A stretch of DNA of 64,000 bases, taken from contig NC_086097.1 in NCBI RefSeq assembly GCF_963921235.1, positions 132,620,001 through 132,684,000 of the forward strand, written 5' to 3'. Under the pieces are notes generated by a model that saw nothing but the letters and a program-made list of their open reading frames with translations, was not told the origin of the DNA and searched no databases. A program made the position numbers and the translations under genes. Positions 48,880-61,520 of the stretch are shown here, one piece after another; positions within the stretch are counted from its first letter, which is position 1, and each line of letters opens with the position of its first letter. This DNA comes from Mobula hypostoma (taxonomy: Eukaryota).

Positions 48880-50965
48880 TAGTAATACCTGTGTCAGATT
48901 GATTATTGATTACAGCTCAGCGTTCAACATAGCAATGCCCTCAGTTCTAATCAACAAGCTCCAAAATCGGGGCTTCTGTACCTCCCTCTGCAACTGGATC
49001 CTTGATCTCCTCACCAGCAATCAACACTGGTGCACCTCAAGGGTGTGTGCTTGGCACATTGCCTGCCCTCTCTACACCTACGGTACGATTGTGTGGCATG
49101 GCCCAGCTCAAACACCATGTATCAATTTGCTGATAACACATCTATTGTTGGCAGAATTTCAGATGGTGACGAGGAGGCGTAGAGGAGTGAGATAGGTCAG
49201 CTGGTTGAGTGGTTTCACAACAACAACCTTGCACTCAATGTCACTAAGACCAAGGAATTGATTGTGGACTTTAAGAAGAAGTATTCAAGAGAACATACAT
49301 GAGTCCTCATCAAGGAATTATGAGTGGAAAGGGTGAGTAAGTTTCACGTTCCTGGGTTGTCAACATCTCTTAAGATCTGTATCCTGGGCACAACATTTTG
49401 ATGTCATTACAAAGACATGACAGTGGCTATATTTCATTAAGAGTTTGACGAGATTTTGTATGTCACCAATTACACAAATTTCTACAGATGTGCTGTGGAG
49501 AGCATTCTAACTGGTTGAATCACCATCTAGCATGGAAAGACCACTGCACAGGATCTGAAAAAGCTGCAGAAATTTGGAAACTAATCCAATTTTATCATGG
49601 GCACTATCCTCCCCAGCATCAAGAATACTTTCAAAAGCTGATGCCTCAACAAGGTGGTAACTCTCATTAAGGACTCCTATCATTCAGAACATGCCCTCTG
49701 CTCATTGCTACCATCTGCAACTGGATCCTGGACTTCCTGACTGGGAGACCCCGGTCAGTCCTGATTGGAAGCAGCATCTCCAAACCATCACACTGAGCAG
49801 GGGTTCCCCCCAGGGCTGTGTGTGCTCAGTCCACCGCTGTTCACTCTGCGGACCCATGACTGTGCTGCAACATACAGCTCGAACCACATCATCAAGTTCG
49901 CCAATGACACGACCGTGGTGGGTCTCATCAGCAAGAACGATGAGTCAGCATACAGGGAGGAGGTGCAGCGGCTAACGGACTGGTGCAGAGCCAACAATCT
50001 GTCTCTGAATGTGAACAAAACAAAAGAGATGGTTGTTGACTTCAGGAAGACAAGTAATGACCACTCTCCGCTGAACATGGACGACTGCTCTGTAGAGATT
50101 GTTAAGAGCACCAAATTTCCTGGTGTTCACCTGGCGGAGAATCTCACCTGGTCCCTCAACACCAGCTCCATAGTAAAGAAAGCCCAGCAGTGTCTCTACT
50201 TTCTGCAAAGGTTGAGAAAAGGGCATTTCTCCCCCACCCCCCATCCTCACCACATTCTACAGAGGTTGTATTGAGAGCATCCTGAGCAGCTGCATCACTG
50301 CCTGGTTCGGAAATTGCACCATCTCGGATCACAAGACCCTGCAACGGATAGTGAGGTCAGCTGAGAAGATCATCGGGGTCTTACTTCCCACCATTACATA
50401 CATTCACACCACACGCTGCATCTGTAAAGCAAACAGCATTATGAAGGACCCCACGCACCCCTCATACAAACTCTTCTCCCTTCTGCCATCTGGCAAATGG
50501 CACCAAAGTATTCGGGCTCTCATGACCAGACTATGTAACAGTTTCTCCCCCCAAGCCATCAGACTCCTCAATACTCAGAGCCTGGACTGACACCAGCCTG
50601 CTGCCCTCTACTGTGCATGCTGTCTTGTTTATTATTTATTGTAATGCCTGCACTGTTTTGTGCACTTTATGCAGTCCTGGGTAGGTCTGTAGTCTAGTGT
50701 AGCTTTGTGTTGTTTTATGTAGTTCAGCGTAGTTTTTGTATTGCTTCATGTAGCACCATGATCCTGAAAAACGTTGTCTCATTTTTCCTGTGTACTGTAC
50801 CAGCAGTTATTGTCGAAATGACAATAAAAAGTGACTTGACTTGACTTGACAAGGAGCAGGTACAGGAAGGCACACACTGAATGCTTCAGGAGCAGCTTCT
50901 TCCCCTCCACATTCAGGTTTCTGAATGGACGGTGAACCTATGAACACTAAATCACTATATTTTGT
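48880..50965 (+). mobile_element. Older Rex1-like LINE fragment split by a younger Rex1 copy
   Basis: [13 protein letters not shown]...SLCNWILD. The host phrase gctaccatc|aaggagcaggtacagg rejoins. Confidence 0.8.
49714..50850 (+). mobile_element. Younger Rex1/Babar LINE, 5'-truncated
   Basis: GSPQGCV, LSPPLFTLRTHDC, IIKFANDTTVVGLI, LNVNKTKEMVVDFRK, and (GACTT)n tail. Confidence 0.92.
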
Positions 50966-51859
50966 GTAGAGAGATACAAGAAACTACAAACACTGGGATC
51001 TCTAGCACCAGTTAAGAAGACAGGCAGCATCTGAAGCAACCCACACTGCCAACTGTTCTTTTCTTTCCACAGATGCTACCTGACCTACTGAGTTTGTCCA
51101 CCATCTTGAGAGATCTGGCTTGTGGGTTTTTTAAAATCTGTTCTATCATCTGCCTACAGGAGAAATTATTGAATGTTATTTTGCTTGGTTACATTTCAAG
51201 TGAAGACGCCAGACTGCTAAAAAATGATCTTCTTCTCATTTTTCTCAAGGTTTTTATCTCTTCTAATAAAGTCCTAATTAAGCTAGTAGAACTGAAGGGA
51301 TATTTCCCAACAATTAATGAAGAATCAGATGTTAGTTACAAGGAAAGTGCAGTGCAGATAGACACAAAGGCATAGGCCTTGATGAGGCAGATTGTGAAAT
51401 CAAGAGACCATTTTATTGCACTAGGGAATCATTCAACGGTCTTATATTTTTGTGATATACTGTATTGTGTCCACAACTCTCTGCAGTGGCTTGAGGTACT
51501 GGGCAGAGGATCTGAATAAGATGCTTTCATTGGTACGCCGATAAGAATTGGTGATGGTCAAAATGGACAATTTCTTCAGCACAGTGACATTGGAAGTAAT
51601 GCATAGAGAAGCCACTTTTATTAATGTACCGTATAAATCCAAAACCAGCAGCTTGCAGCAAGTAGAGTAAATAAATAGCACTTTGGAAGATTTCTACTCC
51701 AACACTAAAGCAATAATTGATCTTTAGTTACTCCACAGAAGGAGAAAATTAATTGTTTAATTGATTCCAATTGGAGAGAGCAGGGGAAGCAGATACTCTT
51801 TTGAAAATGAGAGTCAGCAGAAAGCTTAAAGCTTTTGAAGTAGATGCACTGGATAGACA

Positions 51860-52105
51860 AGTTTGGTAGCACTGTGGTTAAGTGTCCAGAGATACAGACA
51901 TGAGTCTCAATCCCAATTGGTCAGCTGGTGAATCTAAATCCTAACTGATAAAAACAGATGGAATTAAATATAAATTGTTAATAATAGTGACCATGAATCA
52001 AATTGACTGTATTGTGCTTGCATTATATCCTTCATGGTAAGAAATTTGCCATTCTTACCTAGTTTTGCCTACATGTCATGTCAGACCGCCAGTGTGGTTG
52101 ACTCT
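51860..52105 (+). mobile_element. Old SINE truncated by the adjacent CR1
   Basis: Homologous to 6905-7225. Ends at gtggttgactctt where the CR1 tail begins. Confidence 0.6.
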
Positions 52106-53780
52106 TAGACCATAAGGTACAGGAGCAGAATTAGGTCATTTGGCCCATTGAGTCTGATGGGCCATTTCATCATGGCTGATCCATTTTTTCCTCTCAGTCC
52201 TAATCTCTGACTTCCCCTACTCCCCCCACCCCCCACCCACAATATCCCTTCATGCCCTGACTAATCAAGAATCTATCAACCTCTGCCTTAAATATACATA
52301 AAGACTTGGCTTCCACAGCTGCCTGTGGCAAAAATTTCCACAGATTCACCACTCTCTGGCTTAGAAAATTCCTCCTTACCTTCCTTCTGAAAGGATGATC
52401 CTCCATTCTGAGGTTGTGTCCTCTGGTCTTAGACTTTCCCATCATAAGAAACATCCTTTCCAAATTCACTCTATCAAGGCCTTTCACCATTCAACAGGTT
52501 TCAATGATGGCACCCCTCATTCGTCTGAATTATAGTGAATACGGGCCCAAAGCCATCAAGCACTCTTCATATGACAAGCCAATCAATGCAGGAATCATTT
52601 TCATGAACCTCCTTTGAACTCTCTCCAGATTCAGCGCATCTTTTCTATGATAAAGTTGCTCATAATATTCCAAGTGAGGCCTCACCAGTGCCTTATAAAG
52701 TCTCAACATTACATGCTTGTTTTTATATTCTGGTCCTCTTAAAATGAATGCTAATATCGCATTTGCCTTCCTCACCACAGACTCAACCTGCAAATTAACC
52801 TTCTCGGAATCCTGCACAAGGAATCTCAAGTTCCTTTGTGCCTCAGTTTTTTGTATTTTTCTTCAATTAGAAAATAGTCAACCCCTTCAATTCTTCCACC
52901 GAAGTGCATGACCATACCCTTCCTGACACTCTATTCCATCTACCTGTTTTTTTGCCCATTCTCCTAATCTGTCTAAGTCCTTCTGTAGCCTCTGTACTTC
53001 CTCAAAACTAGCTGCCCTACCACCTTTCTTTATATCGTCTGCAAACTTTGCAGAAAAGCCATTAATTCCATCATCCAAATCATTGTCATATAAAGTAAAA
53101 AGAACTGGCACCAACGCAAACCCTTGTGGAACACCGCTAGTTGCTGGCAGCCACCCAGAAAAGGTTCCCTTTATTCCCACTCTTTGCCTCCTACCAATCA
53201 CCTACTGCTTTATCTATGCTAGAATCTTTCCTATAATGCCATGGGCTCATAACTTGATAATCACCTTGATGTGTGACACCTTGTCAAAGATCTTCTGAAG
53301 ATCCAAGTGCACAACAGCAACTGATTCCCCTTTGTCTATCCTGCTTGTTACTTCTACAAATAATTTGAACGGATTTGCCAGACAAGATTTTCCCTTGAGG
53401 GAACCATGCTGACTATGCCCTATTTTATCATATGCCTCCAAGTATTCTGAGACCTCATCCTTAATAATCGACTGAGGGCACACTAATAGGCCTATAGCTT
53501 CCTTTCTTCTGCCGCTCTAACTTCTTGAAGAGTGGAGTAGTATTTGCAATTTTCCAGTCTCCTGGAACCAATCCAGAATCCACTGGTTCTTGAAAGATCA
53601 TTACTAATGCCTCCGCACTCTCTTCAGTTATCTCTTTCAGAACTCTGGAGTGTACACCGTCTGGTCCAGATGACTTCATTACATTCAGACCTTTCAGTTT
53701 CCCAAGAATATTCTCTCTAGTTATGGTGACTTCACACACTTCATGAAACCTGACACCTAGAACTTTCACCATACTGCTAG

Positions 53781-54336
53781 CTCACCTCTGTCCCAGGATA
53801 CTGATGGACTTTTACCGCTGTACCATTGAGAGCATACTCACCAAATGCATCTCAGTGTGGTATGGCAACTGTCCCGTATCGGCCCGCAAAGCACTCCAGC
53901 AGGTGGTGAAAACTGCCCAGCGGATTATCAGCACCCAATTGCCCACCATTGAGAACACCTACCATAAGCGCTGCCTGGGCAGGGCAAAAAGCATTATGAA
54001 GGATGCATCTCACCCTAACCATGGACTTTTTACTCTTCTCCCATCCGGTAGGCACTACAGAAGCCTCCGCTCCCGCACCAGCAGGCACAGGAAGAGCTTC
54101 TTCCCTGAGGCTGTGACCCTGCTGAACCTCACATCACAGCGCTAAGCAGTATTGCACCCATATTGTACTGTCTCAGTACTTTTATATTTGTGTGCTGTAG
54201 CACTTACTTTTTATTCACAGTTATTTTGTAAATAATACTATTCTTTTGGACTTCTGGTCAGATGCTAATTGCATTTCATTGGCTTTGTATCTGTACTTGG
54301 CACAATGACAATAAAGTCGAATCTAATCTAATCTAT
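53781..54336 (+). mobile_element. Rex1-like 3' fragment inserted in CR1
   Basis: ORF 53804-54145 DFYRCTIESILTKCISVWYG...LPSGRHYRSL, with (ATCTA)3 tail. Confidence 0.9.
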
Positions 54337-55099
54337 AGTCTTCCACAGTGAAGACTGATGCAAAATATTTATTCAGTTCGTCTGTCATTTCCTTCTCCCC
54401 CTTTACTACCTCTCCAGCATTGTTTTTCAGTGGTCCAATATCCACTCTCATCTCTCTTTTACAATTACTGTATTTGAAGAAAATTTTGGTATCTTCTTTA
54501 ATATTATTGGCTAGCTTACTTTAATATTCCATCATTATCTTTTTAATGACTTTTTAGTTGCTTTCTGTTGGTTTTTAAAAGCTTCCCAATCCTCTAACTT
54601 CCAACCAATTTTTGCTCTATTATATGCCTTCTCTTTGGCTTTTATGTTGGCTTTGATGTCTCTTGTTAACCACATTTATATCACCTTTCCTTTAGAATAC
54701 TTCATACTCTTTGGGATTCATCTATCCAGTAGCTATGGCTACTCTGCCATCATCCCTGCCAATATTTTTTTACAATTAATTCTAGCTAACACAAAACTAT
54801 CCAAAATTAACAAGAGTACATTGAAGTAAGCAACACTTACAATGTTTCAAGAAAAAAAACATTATTTTAAAGATTGAAAAAATTTTGGTGATAAAAAAAC
54901 CCTACTAATTTTGGATAATCATAATAAAAAAGATTTGAAAAGAATTCTGGCTAACTCCTCTGTCATGCCTCTTTAATTCCCTTTACTCCACTGTAATGCA
55001 AATACATCTGACTTTAGCTTCTCCTTCTCAAATTTCATGGTGAGTTTGATAACATTATGATCTCTCTCCCTGAGGATTCTTTTACCTAAGTTCTCTAAT

Positions 55100-56305
55100 C
55101 AAGTCAAGTCAAGATTCAAGATTCAAAAAACTTTCTTGTCGTTCTAACCATAGATCAGCTCTGCAGGGCAGAATGAGACAGCGTTTCTCAGGGGCAGTGC
55201 AATCATAACATAACAAACACAACACTAAATAATAAACATAAAAATAAATAGTAAAACACAACAGCCACATGTCAGTTAAAATCAAGTTATAAGTGTCCAG
55301 TGCAAGTTAAAGTGTCCAAAGCAGAGTCAGGTGGAGCAGCTATTTAGCAATCTGACTGTCTGTGGGAGGAAGCTGTTTAGTAGCCTTGTGGTTTTAGTTT
55401 TGATGCTCCTGTAACATTCGCCTGATGGCAGAAGAACAAACAGTTCATGGGGAGGATGTGCGGGGCCTTTAATGATGTACCGTGTCTTCTGGAGGCATCA
55501 ACTCTGAAAGAGGTCTTGGACAGAAGGTAGGGTCACAAGTCACTTTTTATTGTCATTTCGACCATAACTGCTAGTACAGTACACAGTAAAAACAAGACAA
55601 TGTTTTTCAGGACCATGGTGCTACATGAAACAATACAAAAACTACACTGAGCTATGTAAAACAACACAAAACTACACTAGACTGCATAAAGTGCACAAAA
55701 CAGTGCAGGCATTACAATAAATAATAAACAAGACAGTAGGCACAGTAGAGGGCAGTAGGTTGGTGTCAGTCCAGGCTCTGGGTACTGAGGAGTCTGATGG
55801 CTTGGGGGAAGAAACTGTTACATAGTCTGGTCATGAGAACCCAAATGCTTCAGTGCCTTTTGCCAGATGGCAGGAGGGAGAGGAGTTTGTATGAGGGGTA
55901 CATGGGTTCCTACATAATGCTGTTTGCTTTATGGATGCAGCGTGTGGTGTAAATGTCTGTGATGGTGGGAAGAGAGACCCCGATGATCTTCTCAGCTGAC
56001 CTCACTATCCGCTGCAGCATCTTGTGGTCCGAGATGGTGCAATTTCCAAACCAGGCAGTGATGCAGCTGCTCAGGATGCTCTCAATACAACCTCTGTAGA
56101 ATGTGGTGAGGATGGGGGGTGGGAGGTGGACTTTGCTCAGCCTTCGCAGAAAGTAGAGACGCTGCTGGGCTTTCTTTGCTATGGAGCTGGTGTTGAGGGA
56201 CCAGGTGAGATTCTCTGCCAGGTGAACACCCAGAAATTTGGTACTCTTAACGATCTCTATGGAGGAGTCGTCGATGTTCAGCGGACAGTGGTCGCTCTGT
56301 GTCCT
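55100..56305 (-). mobile_element. Rex1 copy (same family as 49714-50850), with another Rex1-like 3' end inserted in its tail (about 55113-55535)
   Basis: ORF 55910-56452 [34 protein letters not shown]. The (aagtc)n tail is split by an (aagattc)n-tailed element. Confidence 0.88.
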
Positions 56306-57599
56306 ATGAATCAATTCTGGTTCATTGCACAACACCCGATCCAGAATAGCTGATCCCCTCCTGGGCTCAACCACGAGCCGCTCTAAAAAGCCATTTGTAG
56401 GGATTTTAGAAAATCCCCTTCTCAGAATCCAGCACCAACCTGATTTTCCCAACCTACCGGCATATTGAAGTCCCCCATGACTATTGTAAAATTATCCTTT
56501 TGGCATGCATTTTCTATCTCCATTGTAATTTGTAGGCCACGTCCTTACTCTACTGTTTGGGCTCTGTATACAACTTCCATCAGGGTATTTTTACCCTTGC
56601 AGTTCCTTAGTTCTATCCACAATGATTCATAGCCTTCCAACATTGTATCACCTCTTTCTAATGATTTGATTTCATTTCTTACCAACAGAGCAATGCCACC
56701 CCCTCTGCCTTCCTGCCTGTCCTTTCGACACAATGTGTATCCTTGAACATTGCGCTAACAGCTTTAATCTTCTTTCAGCCATGATCCATGATGCCTACAA
56801 CATAGTACCTGCCAATCTGCAACCGTACTGCAAGTTCATCGACCTTATTCCGTATACTGCGCACATTCATATATAACACCTTCAGTCCTGTATTCCCCCT
56901 TTTGGATTTTGTCCACCTTTTACATTGCAACTCATCCTGTTGAGTGCAATTTTGCCCTGACAACAGCTTCTCCTCACTGCACATTGCCTCTGTTTGTAAA
57001 TCAGCTACCTCATCTTCAGCAGTATTATCTGCTTTTCCTACGATACTTGTTGCATTGAAATATATGCAGCTCAGGTCACCAGTCACCCCATGCTCAACCA
57101 TTTGATTCCTAACTTTGTCGGAGGTCTTACCAACATCTGCCTCCACAACCTCTCCACCAACTGTTCTGGCGCTCTGGCTCCCATCCCCCTGCAACTCTAG
57201 TTTAAACCCCACCGTGCAGCATTAACAAACCTTTCCGTTATGTTATTAGTCCCCCTCAAGTTCAGATGCAAACCATCCCGTCTGTACAGGTCCTACTTTC
57301 ACTGGAAGAGAGCCCAATGATCCAAAAATCTTATGCCCTCTCTCCTACACCAACTCATCAGCCACATATTAAACTGTGTAATTTTCCTCCTTCTAGCCTC
57401 ACAACCCTAAATGTCCTGCCCTTTAACTTGGCACCTAACTCCCTATACAGAACCTCATCACTTGTCCTACCCGTGTCACTGGTACCTACAGGGACCACGA
57501 CTTTTTTCTGTTCACCCTCTCACTTAAAAGCGCTGAGGACTCGATCTAAGAGATCCCAGACCCTAGCACTTTGGAGGCAACATACCAGCTGGTTTCTTC

Positions 57600-58621
57600 A
57601 TTGTCTACTGAACGCATTGCGAGCAATGTCAGCAGAACGTGCTGCACTAAATCAGAAGCTCACTAGTTTCCTCCTTGCATATCCCAATGCAGCAATCTCC
57701 ACAACCACCAACTCACCAGATATGCTGTTCCTGGGTTGTCCCTTGCGTTCACACTTGGATCTCCTCAAACCCAGTCTCAGAAGGAGTATGCAGGACAAGC
57801 AGTTGAGATAAATGGAAGGATCCTGGAAAAATAATAAAAAGATTTAAAAAGAAAGAAAGAAAGGATCCTCAAACTAGAAGTTTCGATGTTTCACTCCTGA
57901 ATGAGCAGCCCTGGTGAGGAAATACAGCGGTGATCAAAAGTGGATATTTGGAAAGCTTAGGGACAGAACTGGACCACTCTCCTACACAGTGAAGGTTGCA
58001 TCTGATATCATCCTGAGAAGACCTATCAATCAGTGGAGGAGAGCAGAATCAATTGTTAGAGAAGAAAGGTAACTACCTCTGTCAGAACCTCTTCCTGCAG
58101 TCTCCTATAACCGTCACAGAGGAGGCCCCAGAACCTATGTTTGTTTCACAACCACAGGTCTCATCTGCCAAGTAGAGTGATCACCCTTGTCAGGAAAGGC
58201 ATTATCCCACAAGAGTAAGAAAGCCTCCACAGCGATTAAATCTCTAGGCTTGAATGGGACAATTTTAATTTACCATGCAGTGGATGTCTGCATGGTAGTT
58301 GTATTATATAGCATATTGTGTATGTAGTTAAGATGCATTCTATATTGATTTGGAGTTCATAGCTAAGTAGAGAGGAGTGTTGTGATTTTTAATATCCCAA
58401 TACAATTTGAGTAATATCGTTTGATTAAGCATTCTTGTTTGTTTAAATCATTCATTACAGGTTATTTGTAAAGATAAGTGAATTGCATGCAGTACGTCAT
58501 GTTGCTACTACGTGATACGTGCACTCCCCACTCAAAGTAAACGCAAAGTTATAATCACATTTCGGACTCTCCATCTTTTCCTTTAAATTAGTTTAATGTT
58601 TTGGAGGTGCAAAGCATAGCA
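57600..58621 (+). mobile_element. Gypsy-like LTR retrotransposon 3' end (integrase C-terminus, PPT, 3' LTR 58378-58621)
   Basis: FLLAYPNAAISTTTNSPDMLFLGCPLRSHLDLLKP and RTGPLSYTV. Purine tract AGAGAGGAG, then TGTTGTG...CATAGCA. Confidence 0.85.
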
Positions 58622-61004
58622 GGAGGAAAGCAGTGCACTCCTGAGGAATTCCAACTGGCTAGAGGGAGAACGTGCAAACTACATACAGTTGGCACTGTAG
58701 GTCGGGATTAAAGCTGGGTCTCTGGCATGGTGAGGCAGCAGCTCTACAACCTGCACCATCATGTCACAGCATTCAATTGAGACAAGTCCAGAAACCGTTG
58801 GTCCATTGACTATTTTATAAGTTTTGCCCCTTAATTTTGGACGACTCACTTAGCTGCAAAGGGGTTAAAGAAAGAAACCCAGTTAATACAAAAGACATGA
58901 TGCAATGAACGGGTAAAAGTAATGAAAAATTTCACTGTTAGCCCTGTCATTTCTTATTACCAGGAGCACTCATAAAAAACTAACCGGATCATGATAGTTT
59001 AGATATACGGGTAAGTAAATGTTCGCTAATATATTGTTGCAACATTTCTATCTTGTTCCTCTAATGTCTCAATAACAAGGTTATCTACATTATTATATTT
59101 TGGCTTCACAGATTACATAGTTAACAAATGGAAGTGATATATGTTCTGTCACATATTTTAATGGGTCCAATTGTTTGAAATTGCTTGTTTTCCAAAGCGT
59201 TGTAGATTGTTTCAGAGATAATTGGAGGAATGAGCATTGCCAAAACCAAATGATCCCTTAGCAAATTGGTTATGTGGGACCCTAAAGCAGTCTTATCTCT
59301 CGCTCTGCCTCTGGAGCCCCAAGGGATTCAAAGGATATGGGGACTAGGTAGAAAAGTAGACTCTATCAAAACCCAGCCCTCCACAATTCAATGAATAAAA
59401 TGCTATGGTTTTCTCACATTCACTGACTGAAATACAATAACCTATGATGCATGAACAAGTCTAAATGAAATAATAATATCCTTAGTGGTGAAAAATGGAT
59501 TGGTAAAACTTTATTTGAGCAGATTTATTGCCATCTCCGTGAGGTAGCCTGCTGAAACAGTGTGCTATTTTATTTAATCTCATATCAGACGAATTATTGG
59601 CTGCTAATCTATTGTTAAACATCATTTAGAGTGATGAATGGAAATGTCAGCTTTCTCAACATAATCAATTCATATCTCATTAGCACATATTATTTATGGT
59701 TCCCATAATGAGATTTTGCAGAGGTCTCCTGGGAAAGTGGAAAGCCTCAGCTGCACTGTGAGATGATAAGTACTGTAGCTTATGAGTTAATAACTGCATA
59801 TATAATAACACCTTTTCCATGATACTGATGGCACTCTCTGTTATGTAGAACATTTAAGCTGCCCGAGTCACATCTTGTTGAATCCAACTGAAAAAAAAAT
59901 AACACTTCCTGTTACACACAACACAAAATGCAAATGGACTCGAAACCCTCTGCAAGGTAAATTAAGACAAAACATTTAAGGTAACAGGAATGAACTACCG
60001 GCAACAAAATAAAGATTGAGAATGAATTAATTTTGGTAGAAACACGTCTTTAATCTCTTACAAATGGTTACGAATCTGTGGAGGAATTCTGTTTTGCATA
60101 TATGAAGATGGATTAGTATGTTATTCCAATTGTAAAATTATTTAGATTGAAGGTAATGTTCTGTTGCAGTACAGTACTTCTATGGGATGGGCCAATGATA
60201 AATCAGCTTTGATTCATAGACCTAGTGCAGCTGAAGGCACGGTTATAATCATGGTCACAGTGTCAACCACTGCCTCAATTAAAGTGCGCTTGCCAATTAT
60301 TTGATGCTCCAATTCATAAACATCAATAAAGGAAAATCAGTAATAAATGAGTGTCAGGAGGTACAAAGGACTGGTCCATATTTCAGATGGAAATGAAGAC
60401 AAAATGTGGCTTTTATTTGGTTGCAAAATTCCCATTAACTGCCGCTCTGACAAGAGGAAGCTGGATCAATAGGTGACCACTCACAGAAAACTGCTCACTA
60501 GCAAAGGCATAAAGGCAGGCTGTCATATTGTGATCTTTATCCTGTAATCTCCATTACACTGGCACTTTGATCCATAGATACATAGTCTCTTTCTCTTTTG
60601 CTGCATAAATTATTACCTAGATATTATGGATACAAATTTTAAAAATGCAAAATCGTTAAACATTCGATAAATCCTTCCCAATATCACCATTTTATTTGCT
60701 TTCCAGTGACGTGTGTTCTTTGCTAAACCAAACAGGAGCCAAAAGTAAGGGTGGAGGAGGACAATATTATTGATATCTCAATTCCTTATCACTGATGAAC
60801 TAATCCTACTTATAACCAATTTGCATTATCCCTGAACACTTTTAATCAGGGTCCACAAGCAAATAACATATACTCATCTATTGTGTATTAAAAATGAAGT
60901 ACAACACTTGAAGAGGAGCAATGATCTTCAAATGGCACCTTGTATCTAACACCTCCATGAACAGAGTTTATTGACTGTCAGCGCTTTTATAGTGCAATAA
61001 TGCA

Positions 61005-61500
61005 AAGCGTCATTGCTTGGTATGACAACTGCTCTGCTTGAGACTGCAAAAAACTGTAGGGAGTTGAGGACGCAGCTCAGTACACCACAGAAATCAGCCT
61101 CCCCTCCATGTCTACACTTCTCGCTGGCTCAGATCAGCAGCCAACATAATCAAAGATCCCACCCACCCCAGTCATCCTCTCTTCTACCTTCTCCCATTGG
61201 GCAGAAAACACAGAAGCCTGAAAGCACGTACCACCGGGCTCAAGGACAGCTTCTATCCTGCTGTTATAAAGCTACTGAATGGTCCCCTAAAGCAAAAAGA
61301 CAATTTTGACTTCACAATCTACCTCATCATGGCTTTTGCAACTTATTCCCTACCTGCACTGTAACACTTTATTCTGCATTCTAACCTTGCTTTCTCATTG
61401 TACTGCATCAAAAGGTTCTGTAATGAAATTATCTGTATGGATGTTATGCAAAACAAGTTTTTTCACTGTACCTCAGAACATGTGACAATAATAAAACAAT
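61005..61500 (+). mobile_element. Rex1-like 3' fragment
   Basis: Homologous to 42100-42600, with tgtgacaataataaa tail. Confidence 0.75.
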
Positions 61501-61520
61501 TTGCGTAAATTCCATTATAT

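Larger units (their letters stand above)
52107..57590 (-). mobile_element. Long CR1 (second family) with three nested insertion sites
   Basis: LYKALVRPHLEY, SGVPQG, AKFADDIK, LDLQKIFDKVSH, KSSGPDGVHSRVLKE, RKDRQEGRGGGIAL. ORF1 remnant at about 57200-57590. Confidence 0.9.

Noticed and set aside
51073..51375. 100-aa plus ORF and a short minus frame (RTLLEEIKTLRKMRRRSF)
   Set aside because: It starts in a repeat, has no homology I recognise, and no supporting neighbouring exons.
55910..56452. 180-aa ORF joining CR1 endonuclease and Rex1 C-terminal sequence
   Set aside because: In-frame by-product of a nested insertion, and the flanking frames are broken.
57266..57811. 181-aa ORF as a novel gene
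   Set aside because: Chance fusion of antisense CR1 ORF1 with a Gypsy integrase remnant.
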